Shown here: piece by piece, positions 10,349-20,384 of the stretch | How the letters are laid out: each line of letters begins with the position of its first letter | Numbering within the stretch: the stretch's first letter is position 1 | Origin: an uncultured delta proteobacterium | Lineage (GTDB): Bacteria; Desulfobacterota; Syntrophia; Syntrophales; UBA5619 | Reading direction: 5' to 3' | DNA: 64,000 nt | Assembly (NCBI GenBank): GCA_963817385.1 | Contig: CAWFOM010000014.1 | Coordinates: 1 to 64,000, forward strand | The notes under the pieces: model-generated | Database searches by the model: none | Told to the model about the DNA's origin: nothing | The model's input: the letters and a program-made list of their open reading frames with translations, nothing else | Program-made: the position numbers and the translations under genes

Positions 10349-10456
10349 AAAAGACAAAACCCCGCCTCTTTTCAGAAACAGGGTTTCAATAATCTCTCCA
10401 TGGCATCACCCTTCTAAAAAGGGTTCAAATTGGTTGTTAACCGATTGATAATGCCT
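10349..10456 (-). promoter_or_regulatory. structured 5' leader with terminator-like hairpin upstream of the MerB-like gene
   Basis: GGCAUUA/UGAUGCC encloses two hairpins; followed by AAACCCUGUUUC..GAGGCGGGGUUUU then GUCUUUU. Confidence 0.45.
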
Positions 10457-10527
10457 TGTTCAAATATATTTTTATGGCCCTAATGAATTGAGAAGTCAAG
10501 GAAACATTCTATTGTAGCAGGAAGCTA

Positions 10528-10597
10528 TACCGCCGTAGACCGACATGCCCGGTGGAGCAGGGACCGGAGGGAGGGAACCCCCCGGAGCTGCCCGAGT
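10528..10597 (+). mobile_element. degenerate group II intron 3' end (domain V/VI remnant)
   Basis: accgccgta..catgcccggtgg..gggaccggagggagggaaccccccgg..ctgcccga resembles the class C intron 3' terminus; no RT ORF nearby. Confidence 0.45.
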
Positions 10598-10729
10598 AAG
10601 CATATTTATTTTGCGGTTGAATTATATTCCCTTAATTTTTTCGAAATTATTCTTCTGATTTTATGGTCTTCCCATCAGATACTCTGATCACATATGGTTT
10701 GCCGGTAACAGATCTGGAAGCGCATAGCC

Positions 10730-11158
10730 TTATAAAATCGTCAGCGGTTTGGACCACCAAATCGTTTTGCAGTTTACTCTGTCGATAACCGTTTTCAGCT
10801 TATTGCTGATTTCGGCAGCAATCTCTTTTAATGCAGGATTTTCGACGGCCTGCATGGAAGCCAAAGGGTCGATGGCCGTAACCTCAACCTGCTTGTCTGA
10901 AATCTCTTGCACAATTACGTTGCAGGGAAGCATGGTGCCTATCTTATCCTCTACCTGCAATGCCCTGTATGCAAAAGATGGGTTGCAGGCGCCGAGGATC
11001 CTGTATTTTCCGAATTCGACATCGAGTTTCTTCTTCAACGTGGCCTTCACGTCTATGTCAGTCAAGATACCGAATCCTTCCTTTTTAAGTTCTTCCGTCA
11101 CTTCGGCAATCACCTTATCAAAGGGCAGATTCAATGTCTTACTGAAATAATAGCTCAT
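10730..11158 (-). CDS. DUF302 domain protein
   Basis: GFGILTDIDV, YRILGACNP, GTMLPCNVIV. Confidence 0.9.
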   Translation of the reverse strand: MSYYFSKTLNLPFDKVIAEVTEELKKEGFGILTDIDVKATLKKKLDVEFGKYRILGACNPSFAYRALQVEDKIGTMLPCNVIVQEISDKQVEVTAIDPLASMQAVENPALKEIAAEISNKLKTVIDRVNCKTIWWSKPLTIL

Positions 11159-11388
11159 AATACCCTCCTCCTGTTATCTATGGTTTATGCGGATCATACC
11201 CCGTCCCCCAACCACCACCCATCATGCCAGCACCTTGACCGGGGTTCATTTGGGCAAATGCCGAAATACTAAAAATCAACAAAGGCGGTCTCTTGAGCAT
11301 CTACATGTTTATTCGAGCCACAAGACGTAGCTGAAGGCTAATGGGGTGGCAGGCCAGATGATACCCGAGTGCTCGAAAAATCAGACCG

Positions 11389-12600
11389 TTACATGAGTTT
11401 CATCGACCGGGCGAGATGGCGGCCGTAACAGTAACTCCCCTTCAGGAGGGAATCGGCATAGGAAGAGACATCGACCCCGGATTTGATCAGCCCGGTATAG
11501 AGACCTTCGTTCCGCGCCTCGCCGATGAAAATCAGCCCTTTGAGGACGCCCCGGTCGAGAACGATCTTGTGGTAACTCTCCCCGGTTTCGCTCCGCCGCA
11601 CATCGGGTCCTTCGTCGCGCCCGCGGCCGGCCGTCAGGATCGAGAGCCCGAAGACCCGCAGGATGTTCCGGGCAAGACTCCCCGGATAGACCGCGGGGAT
11701 CCCGGCCATGTTCAAGGCGGCCACCTGCCCTTGTTCCACGGCCACTGGCCAGAGGGCATGGATCCTGTTGTCCCCGTAAACGATGTCTCGCGTCTCCGCC
11801 ACATCCCCGGCCGCATAGACGCCGGGGCAATTCGTCTCCTGATGGTCGTCGACCAGGATGCCCCGGCCCGCGGCGACCCCGCTCCCCGCAAGAAAGGGAA
11901 GGCAGGGGCTGACTCCTTTACCGAGGATGACGATATCGCATTTCCGTTTCTCGCCGGATTTCAGGAGGACCTCGCCGTCTTTCCCGATCCGGACGATATC
12001 CTCGCCCGTCCGGATCTCCACCCCCTTTTCCTCAAGCTTCCGCCGGACCATCTCCGCCGCCGGGGGATCGAGGATCGTCGAGAAGAGCCGGTTTGAGGTG
12101 ACAACAAAGGTGATCGCCATCCCAAGTCCATGGAGGGCGTCACCAATCTCCATGCCGACCGGTCCCGCCCCGGCGATGACGGCACGGCCTGCCCGCCCCG
12201 GGAGGCGCTCCCGAATCCCCGTCACATCGGGTAGATCGCGGACGGTAAAGACGAAGGGGAGATTCCCCCCTTCGATCTTCGGCCTTTCCGGCGTGCCGCC
12301 CGTCGCGATCAGGAGGCGATCGTAGGTGAAGTTCTTCCCCGCCGCCGTCGCGACTTCCCGCCCCCTCGGATCGACCCGCAGAGCCTCTTCGCCGAGGAGG
12401 AGCTCCGTTTCCGCCGGCACCACAAGGGAAAACTCCTTTTCCTCGATCTTCCCGGCGAGAAGGTAAGGCAGCGCCATCCTGGCGTAGGGTTTTACCTTTT
12501 CGCGTGAAAGGATGGTCACCTTCCCCGCGGGATCGATCTTGCGGAGCGTGGCCGCGGCGGAAAGAGCGGCCGGTCCGCATCCGATGATGAGGTGTTTCAT
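11389..12600 (-). CDS. FAD/NAD(P)-dependent oxidoreductase (AOR-associated, AorC-like)
   Basis: IIGCGPAA, LLIATGG, AGAGPVGME, VYAAGDVAE; third gene of the AOR operon. Confidence 0.9.
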   Translation of the reverse strand: MKHLIIGCGPAALSAAATLRKIDPAGKVTILSREKVKPYARMALPYLLAGKIEEKEFSLVVPAETELLLGEEALRVDPRGREVATAAGKNFTYDRLLIATGGTPERPKIEGGNLPFVFTVRDLPDVTGIRERLPGRAGRAVIAGAGPVGMEIGDALHGLGMAITFVVTSNRLFSTILDPPAAEMVRRKLEEKGVEIRTGEDIVRIGKDGEVLLKSGEKRKCDIVILGKGVSPCLPFLAGSGVAAGRGILVDDHQETNCPGVYAAGDVAETRDIVYGDNRIHALWPVAVEQGQVAALNMAGIPAVYPGSLARNILRVFGLSILTAGRGRDEGPDVRRSETGESYHKIVLDRGVLKGLIFIGEARNEGLYTGLIKSGVDVSSYADSLLKGSYCYGRHLARSMKLM

Positions 12601-12672
12601 GGATTTTTCTCCAAGACAACCTCCTCACCCGCCACCCGACGGCGGCGGGCAAGGAGAATGTTCAACCCGGAA

Positions 12673-14475
12673 TCAAATCCCCAGTTCCGCGAGTTTCTCC
12701 TTCGTCGGAACACCGGCGCTGCTCCAGCCGCGGAGGCTGTAGTACTCGGGCAGCATCTTGTCGAGTTTGCTTACCTCCCCCTTGCACGGTCCCGCCGGAA
12801 TGGGATCGTTCAGCATGCGCGGCGGCAGGGTGTCGTCCTTCGCCGTAAGCCCCGCCTTCAGGTTGAAGAGCCGCTCGACGTTCCAGATCCGCGCCCCTGC
12901 CTTCATGAACTCCTCGGTGCTGTAGGGGACGCCGGTCGCCGCGGTGAGGAGCTCCGCCAGCTCATCGGCGCCGATGCCGAAGGTCGTGAAAAGACAGGCG
13001 CCCGTCGAATCCAGCGCCGCCGTCAGGTCCTGGAAGGTGATCGTCCACTGCGCCTTCCCTTCGGTGGTCAGGTTGTCGATCTTCACCGGGTTGCCGAGGA
13101 CCTCCACCGCCGTCATGTAGCCGCGGACGTGGCAGCCGCCGCGGTTGCTCGTCGCGTAATTGAGGCCGATCCCCTGAACGGCGCGCGGATCGTAGGCGGG
13201 CATCTCCTGCTTCTTGGCGCTCATCGAATAGTCCGCATGGCCGTAGCTCTCCGCCAGCCGGAAACTCCCTAGGGCGAGCTTCTTGCCGAACCCCTCCCCG
13301 GCGCCCGTCTTGCGGGTCATCTCCACCATCATCTCGGCGTCGCCGAAACGCAGCGGGGCGCCGCCGGTGTCCTTCGCCTTGATGATCCCGCTCTCGAAAA
13401 GATCCATCGCGCAGGCGATGGTCGTCCCCATCGCGATCGCGTCCATGCCGTAATCGTTGCAGAGGTAGTGGGCCTTCGTGATCGCGTCGAGATCGTCGAT
13501 GCCGCAGTCCGGTCCGAAGGACCAGGCGGTCTCGTACTCCGGGCCCTCGCCGACGCCGGCGTACTTCGGGTTGGTGACCCGCGTCGCCCGGCCGCAGCTC
13601 ATGATGCAGGAGAAGCAGCCGCGGGGACGGGTCAGAATGTTCTTCGTCAGCGATTCGCCGCCGACCTTGTCCGCGGTCGCGAAGACCCCTTCCCGGAAGT
13701 TCCGGGTCGGCAGCCCACCCGTCTCGTTGAGGATATTGATCAGGACGTCAGTTCCATAGGCCTTGAGTCCGCCTCCGCCGACGGGGTGGTTTTTGATCAT
13801 GGTGTGCGTCTTGATCACCGCCTCCCGGAAGCCTTTCACATCGGCGACCCGGACCGCCCCCGTCCCCCGGACGGCGACCGCCTTGAGATTCTTCGAGCCC
13901 ATCACGGCACCGACGCCGGTCCGGCCCGCCGCCCGGCCGCATTCGTTCATGATGTTGGCGAAGAGGACTTGCCTTTCACCCGCGGGGCCGATCAAGGCCA
14001 CCGACGCCTCGTCGTCCGTCGCGGCCCGGATGGCCTCGGTCGCCTCGGGCACTATCTTGCCCCAGAGGGCCGTCGCATCGCGGAGCTCCACCTTGTCGTC
14101 GTTGATCCAAAGGTAGACTGGGTTTTTCGCCTTCCCCTCGAAGATGATCAGGTCATAGCCCGCATACTTGAGCATCGGGCCGAAGATCCCGCCGGAGCTG
14201 GAGGCGGCGATCGTCCCGGTCAGGGGTCCTTTCGTCACCACGTCGAAATGGCCCGACGCAGGGGCGTTCGTTCCGGAGAGGGGGCCGGTGGCGAAGATAA
14301 GTTTATTGTCCGCGCTCAAGGGATCGATCTTCGGATCGATCTCGTCGGACAGGATACGGCTTCCCAGACCGCGGGCGCCGATGTACTTTCTGGCCAGCTC
14401 GGGATCCAGCGCTTCTTTGGTGATGGCCCCGGTGGTCAGATTGACGCGTAAAATCATGCCTATCCATCCGTACAT
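12673..14475 (-). CDS. aor: tungsten-pterin aldehyde:ferredoxin oxidoreductase catalytic subunit
   Basis: [47 protein letters not shown]. Confidence 0.95.
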   Translation of the reverse strand: MYGWIGMILRVNLTTGAITKEALDPELARKYIGARGLGSRILSDEIDPKIDPLSADNKLIFATGPLSGTNAPASGHFDVVTKGPLTGTIAASSSGGIFGPMLKYAGYDLIIFEGKAKNPVYLWINDDKVELRDATALWGKIVPEATEAIRAATDDEASVALIGPAGERQVLFANIMNECGRAAGRTGVGAVMGSKNLKAVAVRGTGAVRVADVKGFREAVIKTHTMIKNHPVGGGGLKAYGTDVLINILNETGGLPTRNFREGVFATADKVGGESLTKNILTRPRGCFSCIMSCGRATRVTNPKYAGVGEGPEYETAWSFGPDCGIDDLDAITKAHYLCNDYGMDAIAMGTTIACAMDLFESGIIKAKDTGGAPLRFGDAEMMVEMTRKTGAGEGFGKKLALGSFRLAESYGHADYSMSAKKQEMPAYDPRAVQGIGLNYATSNRGGCHVRGYMTAVEVLGNPVKIDNLTTEGKAQWTITFQDLTAALDSTGACLFTTFGIGADELAELLTAATGVPYSTEEFMKAGARIWNVERLFNLKAGLTAKDDTLPPRMLNDPIPAGPCKGEVSKLDKMLPEYYSLRGWSSAGVPTKEKLAELGI

Positions 14476-14476
14476 G

Positions 14477-14956
14477 TCACCTCACCTCCTCAAACGTTTT
14501 CTTGAACCCCGCGGCGGCGGCCTTATTCCGCGCCCGGGCGGCGTCGGTCTCTTCCACGTATTCGAGGGCGGAGGCGGGACAGAAGGTCACGCACTCCGGC
14601 GCGCCGTCGCACAGATCGCACTTGACGATCCGGCGTTTCTGGGTTTCGTACACAACCGCCCCGAAGGGGCAGGCCACGGTGCACATCCGGCAGCCGATGC
14701 ACTTCGTCTCGTCCCAGGCCACCCGGCTGCCGGCAGGGTCATCGTGCATGGCCGCCGTGGGGCAGACCGCGACGCAGGGGGCATCCTCGCACTGCTGGCA
14801 GACGGTCGGCATGGAAAACCCCTCGATCTCCCAGTTGTGGACATGGATCCGCGAGGTGTGGGGCCGGAATTCGCTGTCATGATGGAAGGAGCATGACAGC
14901 ACGCAATTCTGGCAGCCGGTGCAACGATCAGGATAAATCATCAACATTTTTGCCAT
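14477..14956 (-). CDS. 4Fe-4S electron-transfer subunit (DmsB/HydN-type, AorA-like)
   Basis: [53 protein letters not shown] before MAKML. Confidence 0.93.
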   Translation of the reverse strand: MAKMLMIYPDRCTGCQNCVLSCSFHHDSEFRPHTSRIHVHNWEIEGFSMPTVCQQCEDAPCVAVCPTAAMHDDPAGSRVAWDETKCIGCRMCTVACPFGAVVYETQKRRIVKCDLCDGAPECVTFCPASALEYVEETDAARARNKAAAAGFKKTFEEVR

Positions 14957-15278
14957 AGTTTTCCTCCTTTCAGGTATGATTCTCTCCAAGTTTGCGTCGA
15001 GCATGAAATGGTATCAGGGTGTGCCGGGAATGCTTTCAACATCTATCCGCTCCATCTGCCCGGTCGATCCAAATACCGGGGTGGTGCCTGAAGGGGTTTT
15101 TTTGAGAGCATTAAAGGTTTGCGTTCTTGTGGAACATTGGTGTATTTTTTTATCACTGTTCAAGGGAAAAATGCAATGCGAGATTTGACGTCAACCAGGG
15201 TTTTCGAAAAGAGATCGCCTTGGGAAATACGTTTCGCGGGGAAAGGACTCTCCGGGGGAACCGGAAAAGGGTTGCAAT

Positions 15279-15560
15279 ATGAAGATTACGTTCAGGACAT
15301 TCGCCACCTTTCGGGAAATCATCGGCACGACGGAGACGGTGCTTATTCTCCCCCCGAGGGAAACGGTCGGGGGCCTGTTGGAGAACCTCTGCAAAACCCA
15401 TCCCGGGCTGCGGGCGCACCTCTTCGACGCCACCGGGCAGATCAAGCCCTATATCCTCATACTGAAGAACGGCCGAAGCGTCGCGTCGCTGCAACAGCTC
15501 GATACGGTCATCGACGAAGACGACGTGATCGCCCTCTTCCCCCCCGTCGCCGGTGGATGA
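15279..15560 (+). CDS. moaD: MoaD/ThiS-family sulfur carrier
   Basis: FATFRE N-terminus, C-terminal FPPVAGG; divergent from the AOR operon. Confidence 0.9.
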   Translation: MKITFRTFATFREIIGTTETVLILPPRETVGGLLENLCKTHPGLRAHLFDATGQIKPYILILKNGRSVASLQQLDTVIDEDDVIALFPPVAGG

Positions 15561-15576
15561 ACTTCTTGGTTGACGT

Positions 15577-16119
15577 TCACCTTTGGGGATAGCCGGTGAA
15601 GATGAAATCCCTATCCTTTACCAGGGTATGGCATTGATAACATTCCTGCGCAAAGGAATCGTCCTTTCCATACGGTGTATAGGTAGCCGTCTTTGCATCA
15701 TAGACGAACCGCGCATATCCCCAGCCGCCGGTGGCGGGGAACCTCTTTGAATCCTTTATGATAAACTCAACTCTCTTGAGAACGTCGGGCTCATGGGCGG
15801 CGGGAAAAACAGGGCTTTTCCGTTCGGACCAGCCGATCTTGACGATGATAGACCCTTCGGAAAAGGGTTTGCCGTTGCCGGGAATGCCGGCCTTATATGA
15901 ATTTATCATCGCGGTGTTCCCGAGGATGACCCGCAATTCATTGTTGTCGGTCCGGTAGCTCGGGGCAATGAACTGCCAGGTTTCATATCCCCGTATCTCG
16001 GAAAAGGAGATCCCGTTCGGCGCTTTCAATTCAAACTTATCCTGGGCCATGAGTGAGTTATTTAGCCATATAAAGAGAACAACCAGGATTACGATTACCG
16101 ACAAAATCCTTCTTTTCAT
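15577..16119 (-). CDS. cytochrome P460-family c-type heme protein
   Basis: Signal peptide, PFSEGSIIVKIGW, TGGWGYARF, C-terminal CYQCH. Confidence 0.88.
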   Translation of the reverse strand: MKRRILSVIVILVVLFIWLNNSLMAQDKFELKAPNGISFSEIRGYETWQFIAPSYRTDNNELRVILGNTAMINSYKAGIPGNGKPFSEGSIIVKIGWSERKSPVFPAAHEPDVLKRVEFIIKDSKRFPATGGWGYARFVYDAKTATYTPYGKDDSFAQECYQCHTLVKDRDFIFTGYPQR

Positions 16120-17252
16120 TGTACATACCTCCTTTTTTCATTTAGCCGGGCAGCTGCTGTTCCGGTCGTTACCCGCCCACCGCGAGCTCCGTTCTCGACA
16201 TACCCGGCGATGATACTCCTGATTGCATCCAGTAGTGCGGTCCCATCTCCTCCCTGCGGGAAACCCGCCGCGGCGAACCCGTATCCCGCTTTCGGAAGGG
16301 CATCGCTTTCAAAACCCGTAAAGAGCGCCTTTCCTTCGGGGACCAGAGCATAGAGGGCTCCCCGACGGCCGTTCAACACATCCGCCAGAATCACCCCTGC
16401 GGCATAGTCTGGGCTGTCAAACCCCGGAAGTCGATAGGCCACAACGGATAATCCATAGGGCCGATCGGTATCGAGAGACAGGGCCACCGGCTTGAGCGGC
16501 TGGAGGTCGATTTCGGGCCTGGCGGGAAGGGGCCGCGCCGGGATGGATTCAAAAAGTTCTTTCACTTTTTCCCGCGTCTGCTCAAGATCGACGTCGCCGG
16601 CAATAACCAGGATGGCGTTGTTCGGGGCGTACCACGTATCGGAGAACTGCCGGAGCATGGCAGCCGTCGTCCGCTGGAACGAGGGGCGGGTGCCCAAGGC
16701 GTCATGGGCATAGGGTGTTCCCCTAAACATCTCGGCAAGGAGCTGCATGTTGAGGAGGTACTCGGGATTGGAGAGGTCCTGCGCCACCTCCTGCTCGATG
16801 GCGCCTCGTTCCTTCTCCCAGAGCTCCTGCGTTGCGAGGACCCCCTTCATCCGCTCGGCCTCCACATGGAGCACCGTATCGAGGTCGTCCCCGGGAACCG
16901 TGAAGAAATACTGGGTCACCGTCTGTTGCGTGTCGGCGTTGAATTGCCCGCCCATCAGCGCGGCGATGTTTGACAGCTGTTCAGCGGACAGTCCCGGGTT
17001 GCCCCGGAACATCATGTGTTCCAGAGCGTGCGCCGTTCCGGGGAATCCTTCCGGCGCCTCATTGGAGCCAACCAGGTAATTCATCTGAGTGGTTACAACA
17101 GGAGCCAGGGTATTTTTCACGATCACGGTCCGAAGTCCGTTCGCGAGCGTCGCGCGCATCACCTCCTGGTGTTCCGCGGTCCATGCGGACCAGGGAACGA
17201 GCACGAAAGAGAGAATCACGGCAAGGCATATCGGGATCCTGATAAACTTCAT
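16116..17252 (-). pseudogene. M16 (pitrilysin-like) zinc peptidase, C-terminally truncated
   Basis: HALEHMMFRG inverted zinc motif, NADT, WYAPNNAILVIAGD; family-like sequence stops at ..IAGYVENG (~16190) and runs into the P460 RBS region. Confidence 0.65.
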
Positions 17253-17317
17253 GATGCGCTCCTGCAGGCGAAAAACAGTTCCATTGAAGTGATGATTCAT
17301 CGGCATAACGGCAATAC

Positions 17318-18304
17318 CTAAAAGCGATAACTCGGACCGGCCATGATCACATCCGTGTCGCGGCTGTAATCGGTGGCGATCCTGTTCCATGAGAGACGCA
17401 CCGCCCAGTCTCGGGTAACCCGGTAGCTGGCCGTTAATGAGATGATGCCGGAAATCGTCTTCCGGCTTTCATCATCGAGGGAGCCGCTTACGCTACGGCT
17501 GTCGATACTGATGTATGGGCCGAATCCAATGCCCAGAGCAATCCGGTCGTCAAAGAACTCCCGCACGGCCCAGAGTTGTGTGATGAGACCATTGCGACGG
17601 AGAAGGCGGCTGTCACCCTCATTAAGCCAGGCGATGGTCACATCCAGATAGCGGGCAAGACCGTGCCGGTACTCGATGCTCTGGGCGGTTGACTGTTGCG
17701 AATCGAAGCTGTTCACGATGGTCTGACCGACCAACGCCGTCATCTCATGCTGAGTTGTTCGTTCGCGATGGGCGGGAGCTACTGTCAGGGGCTCCCGTAT
17801 GGGTGGCGCGTCCAGTTGGTAGCCGATTCCGAGCATCACGGAACCCGTGTCGATGCTGCTGCTGGTTTCTATCCAGTTGGCACGGAGCTGAACGAGCCAC
17901 CGGCCTTCCATTTGCCAGACGCCGGCGAGGCTCGCCACGGCTCCCACGCCATGGGTATCCGAGAATTCACTTCCCCCTCTCGCTAATTTCGTGTCATAGA
18001 AAAGATAGGGTCCGATGCCCGCCTCGAGAGAGAATCGCTGATGCATCATATTCAAACGCCCCCAGAGTTGCGCGCTGATGCCGTCGCGGTGGTTATTCGG
18101 CAGATGTCCCTCGTTCAGCCATGAAACACTGAATGCCGAGTATTTTGTCAACCCCTGCATATATTCCAGGGCCCATGCGGATGAGCGATCGGCTGTTTCC
18201 AAATCACCAATCTCTCCGCCCAAGAAATAGATTTCCTGCCCGGAGGCCGGACCTGCCGGGACAATCAGCGTGCACAGCAGCAGGAGAACTATACACCGCC
18301 GCAT
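17318..18304 (-). CDS. putative outer-membrane beta-barrel protein with two internally repeated halves
   Basis: Signal peptide MRRCIVLLLL..; repeated WLNEG..R(D/N)G..QLW..GxGPY blocks; C-terminal YRF. Confidence 0.75.
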   Translation of the reverse strand: MRRCIVLLLLCTLIVPAGPASGQEIYFLGGEIGDLETADRSSAWALEYMQGLTKYSAFSVSWLNEGHLPNNHRDGISAQLWGRLNMMHQRFSLEAGIGPYLFYDTKLARGGSEFSDTHGVGAVASLAGVWQMEGRWLVQLRANWIETSSSIDTGSVMLGIGYQLDAPPIREPLTVAPAHRERTTQHEMTALVGQTIVNSFDSQQSTAQSIEYRHGLARYLDVTIAWLNEGDSRLLRRNGLITQLWAVREFFDDRIALGIGFGPYISIDSRSVSGSLDDESRKTISGIISLTASYRVTRDWAVRLSWNRIATDYSRDTDVIMAGPSYRF

Positions 18305-18377
18305 GAAATAACTCCCAAGTAAAGGCCCATACAATCGGTTGCGAAGATACAGGATGCTAGGGACGACAACTCGCGTA

Positions 18378-18632
18378 TTACCCATATCCACCGTCAGGTG
18401 ATCGATTGCCGGCAACGTGATTTTCTGCTTCGGCTGCAATGCACTCGCCAAGTTGATAAAGCTCTCCCACTTCATCTTTTCGGGGATACGCGGAGGAGAT
18501 CTCCGACAGCGGAACGATAAATCGCGGCGTATATTCGATTCTCCGCCCATCACTCCGAAGCGATCGTTCGAGAAACCTCTCGATGTTGGCCTGAAGCTGA
18601 CGCCATCCCTGATGCGATGCACTCTGATCCAT
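18378..18632 (-). CDS. small hypothetical protein (84 aa)
   Basis: GGAGG RBS before MDQSASHQ.. Confidence 0.4.
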   Translation of the reverse strand: MDQSASHQGWRQLQANIERFLERSLRSDGRRIEYTPRFIVPLSEISSAYPRKDEVGELYQLGECIAAEAENHVAGNRSPDGGYG

Positions 18633-18874
18633 ATCGATTTCCTCCCTCTCAATGAAGATGATCGAACATTTCAGAACGGTGGGGGTCGCCTCCTGCTCTT
18701 CCAGGAATATTAGGTTCATTTTATACGCGGAAAGATGCGAAGCAATGAGGATTAAATAGATGGCTAATGGCAGGTAATAACTACCCGTCATGAGATGAGC
18801 ACGGTTCCCGCCTCACCCCGACTGCGTCAGGGGATTACCGAACGATTCGATGATTAATTTTCATTCGGGTAATC

Positions 18875-18903
18875 TTGACATATGAGAATACGCTACCTAC
18901 TAT
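18875..18903 (+). promoter_or_regulatory. sigma70-type promoter of the redoxin cluster
   Basis: TTGACA-N17-TACTAT. Confidence 0.7.
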
Positions 18904-18952
18904 GTTATTAAAGAGAAAGTGTTTATTATCGAAATCAAAAGGAGAGTCCATC

Positions 18953-19567
18953 ATGGAGAAAAGCAACAAACGGATTGTTTACATTCTGTTTATCTTGCTT
19001 GCCTTGCTCTTTGCCGAAAATCCTTCTGCCTGGTCCGCAAATGTCACGGCCCTCGGTAATACGGTGAAATCGCAGCCTGGCAACAACATAGCCATCCCGG
19101 CATTCGAGCTTCCGATGCCGGGAAGCGAACAGGAAAAGAGTTATCTGGGCCTTACCGGGACCGGGAATTTCACGATAGGCCAAATCAAAGCCCAGGTTCT
19201 GATCATTGAGGTCTATAGCTTTTATTGCCCTCATTGCCAGCGTTCGGCAGCTCAGGTGAACGAACTCTACCAGAAGATACAAGAACGTCCTGACATAAAA
19301 GAAAAAATAAAGATGATCGGGATCGCCGTTACTAATGGTATTTATGAGGTCGACTCCTACCGGGAGAGGTACAAAGTACCATTCCCCCTTATTCCCGACA
19401 AGAGTACGGATATTTCTCAGAAGCTCGGCGTAAAAGGAACGCCCACCTTCATCGGGCTTACGGTAAACGGCAAGGGATCTCCGGAACGATTCTATTTTGG
19501 AGAGGGCGGTTTTGAGGACACAGAGCAGTTTCTGGCGAAAATCATTCAATTATCAGGATTAAAATAG
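18953..19567 (+). CDS. exported TlpA-like thioredoxin-fold protein
   Basis: Signal peptide, YSFYCPHC, GVKGTPTF. Confidence 0.85.
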   Translation: MEKSNKRIVYILFILLALLFAENPSAWSANVTALGNTVKSQPGNNIAIPAFELPMPGSEQEKSYLGLTGTGNFTIGQIKAQVLIIEVYSFYCPHCQRSAAQVNELYQKIQERPDIKEKIKMIGIAVTNGIYEVDSYRERYKVPFPLIPDKSTDISQKLGVKGTPTFIGLTVNGKGSPERFYFGEGGFEDTEQFLAKIIQLSGLK

Positions 19568-19577
19568 GAGGAAACAA

Positions 19578-20204
19578 ATGAACGGACAGAAAAAAACGTT
19601 GAGGGCCTTATTGCTCCTGAGTGTATTTGTCGTAATGGGAGGAGCTGCCGTGGCCTATGGCCAATCAGCCGGATTCAGTGACAATATTTATCCGGTGGGA
19701 AAACTCAAACCCACGGACAGTGTGCTCACGGTAAAAGTCGGCGATGCAGCCCCGGATTTTACCCTTCCCGCGGTTGAGGGCGGCAAGATATCCCTCAGCC
19801 AGTACATCGGCAAGAAGAATGTCGTCATCTCCTTTGTGCCCGCAGCGTGGACACCCGTGTGCTCTGATCAATGGCCGGGTTACAACATCTCCAAAAACCT
19901 CTTTGATAAACATAACGCGATCCTGCTCGGCATTACGGTGGACAATATTCCCACGCTCTACTCCTGGACGAGGCAGATGTGTAATCCCAATGAAAAGATA
20001 TGGTTCCCCGTCCTCTCCGATTTTTATCCGCATGGAGCGGTAGCTGCCAAATATGGAGTGCTCCGTTCGGACGGGGTAAGCGAGAGAGCCCTTTTTGTGA
20101 TCAATAAGAAAGGTATCATTACCTATATCGACGTCCACGATATAAATCAGCGCCCGCCACTCGAGGACCTCGCAAAGGCGCTTGAAGCGGTGAACAGGCA
20201 ATAA
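19578..20204 (+). CDS. exported peroxiredoxin (AhpC/TSA, AhpE-like)
   Basis: VGDAAPDFTL, FVPAAWTPVC, LSDFYPHG, ERALFVI; N-terminal signal peptide. Confidence 0.9.
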   Translation: MNGQKKTLRALLLLSVFVVMGGAAVAYGQSAGFSDNIYPVGKLKPTDSVLTVKVGDAAPDFTLPAVEGGKISLSQYIGKKNVVISFVPAAWTPVCSDQWPGYNISKNLFDKHNAILLGITVDNIPTLYSWTRQMCNPNEKIWFPVLSDFYPHGAVAAKYGVLRSDGVSERALFVINKKGIITYIDVHDINQRPPLEDLAKALEAVNRQ

Positions 20205-20384
20205 GCGCCTATACATGTTCGCCTAACTGTTGTATCATTCCATATTCTGGACCCGATTCACTGGTTCCGGTGGACCCTGACTTAGTTCATGACCGATAGA
20301 GAAACGGTCCCGGGGATGACGACCATAACCAGCAGGTTGTCCGGCAGTGTTACTATGCATGCGAGTTCTGTGAGGGTGTTAACA

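Noticed and set aside
11178..11300. 40-aa ORF with SISAFAQ..GMMGGGWG upstream of DUF302
   Set aside because: Looks like a fragment of an exported Gly/Met-rich protein; too short and without a clear RBS to call.
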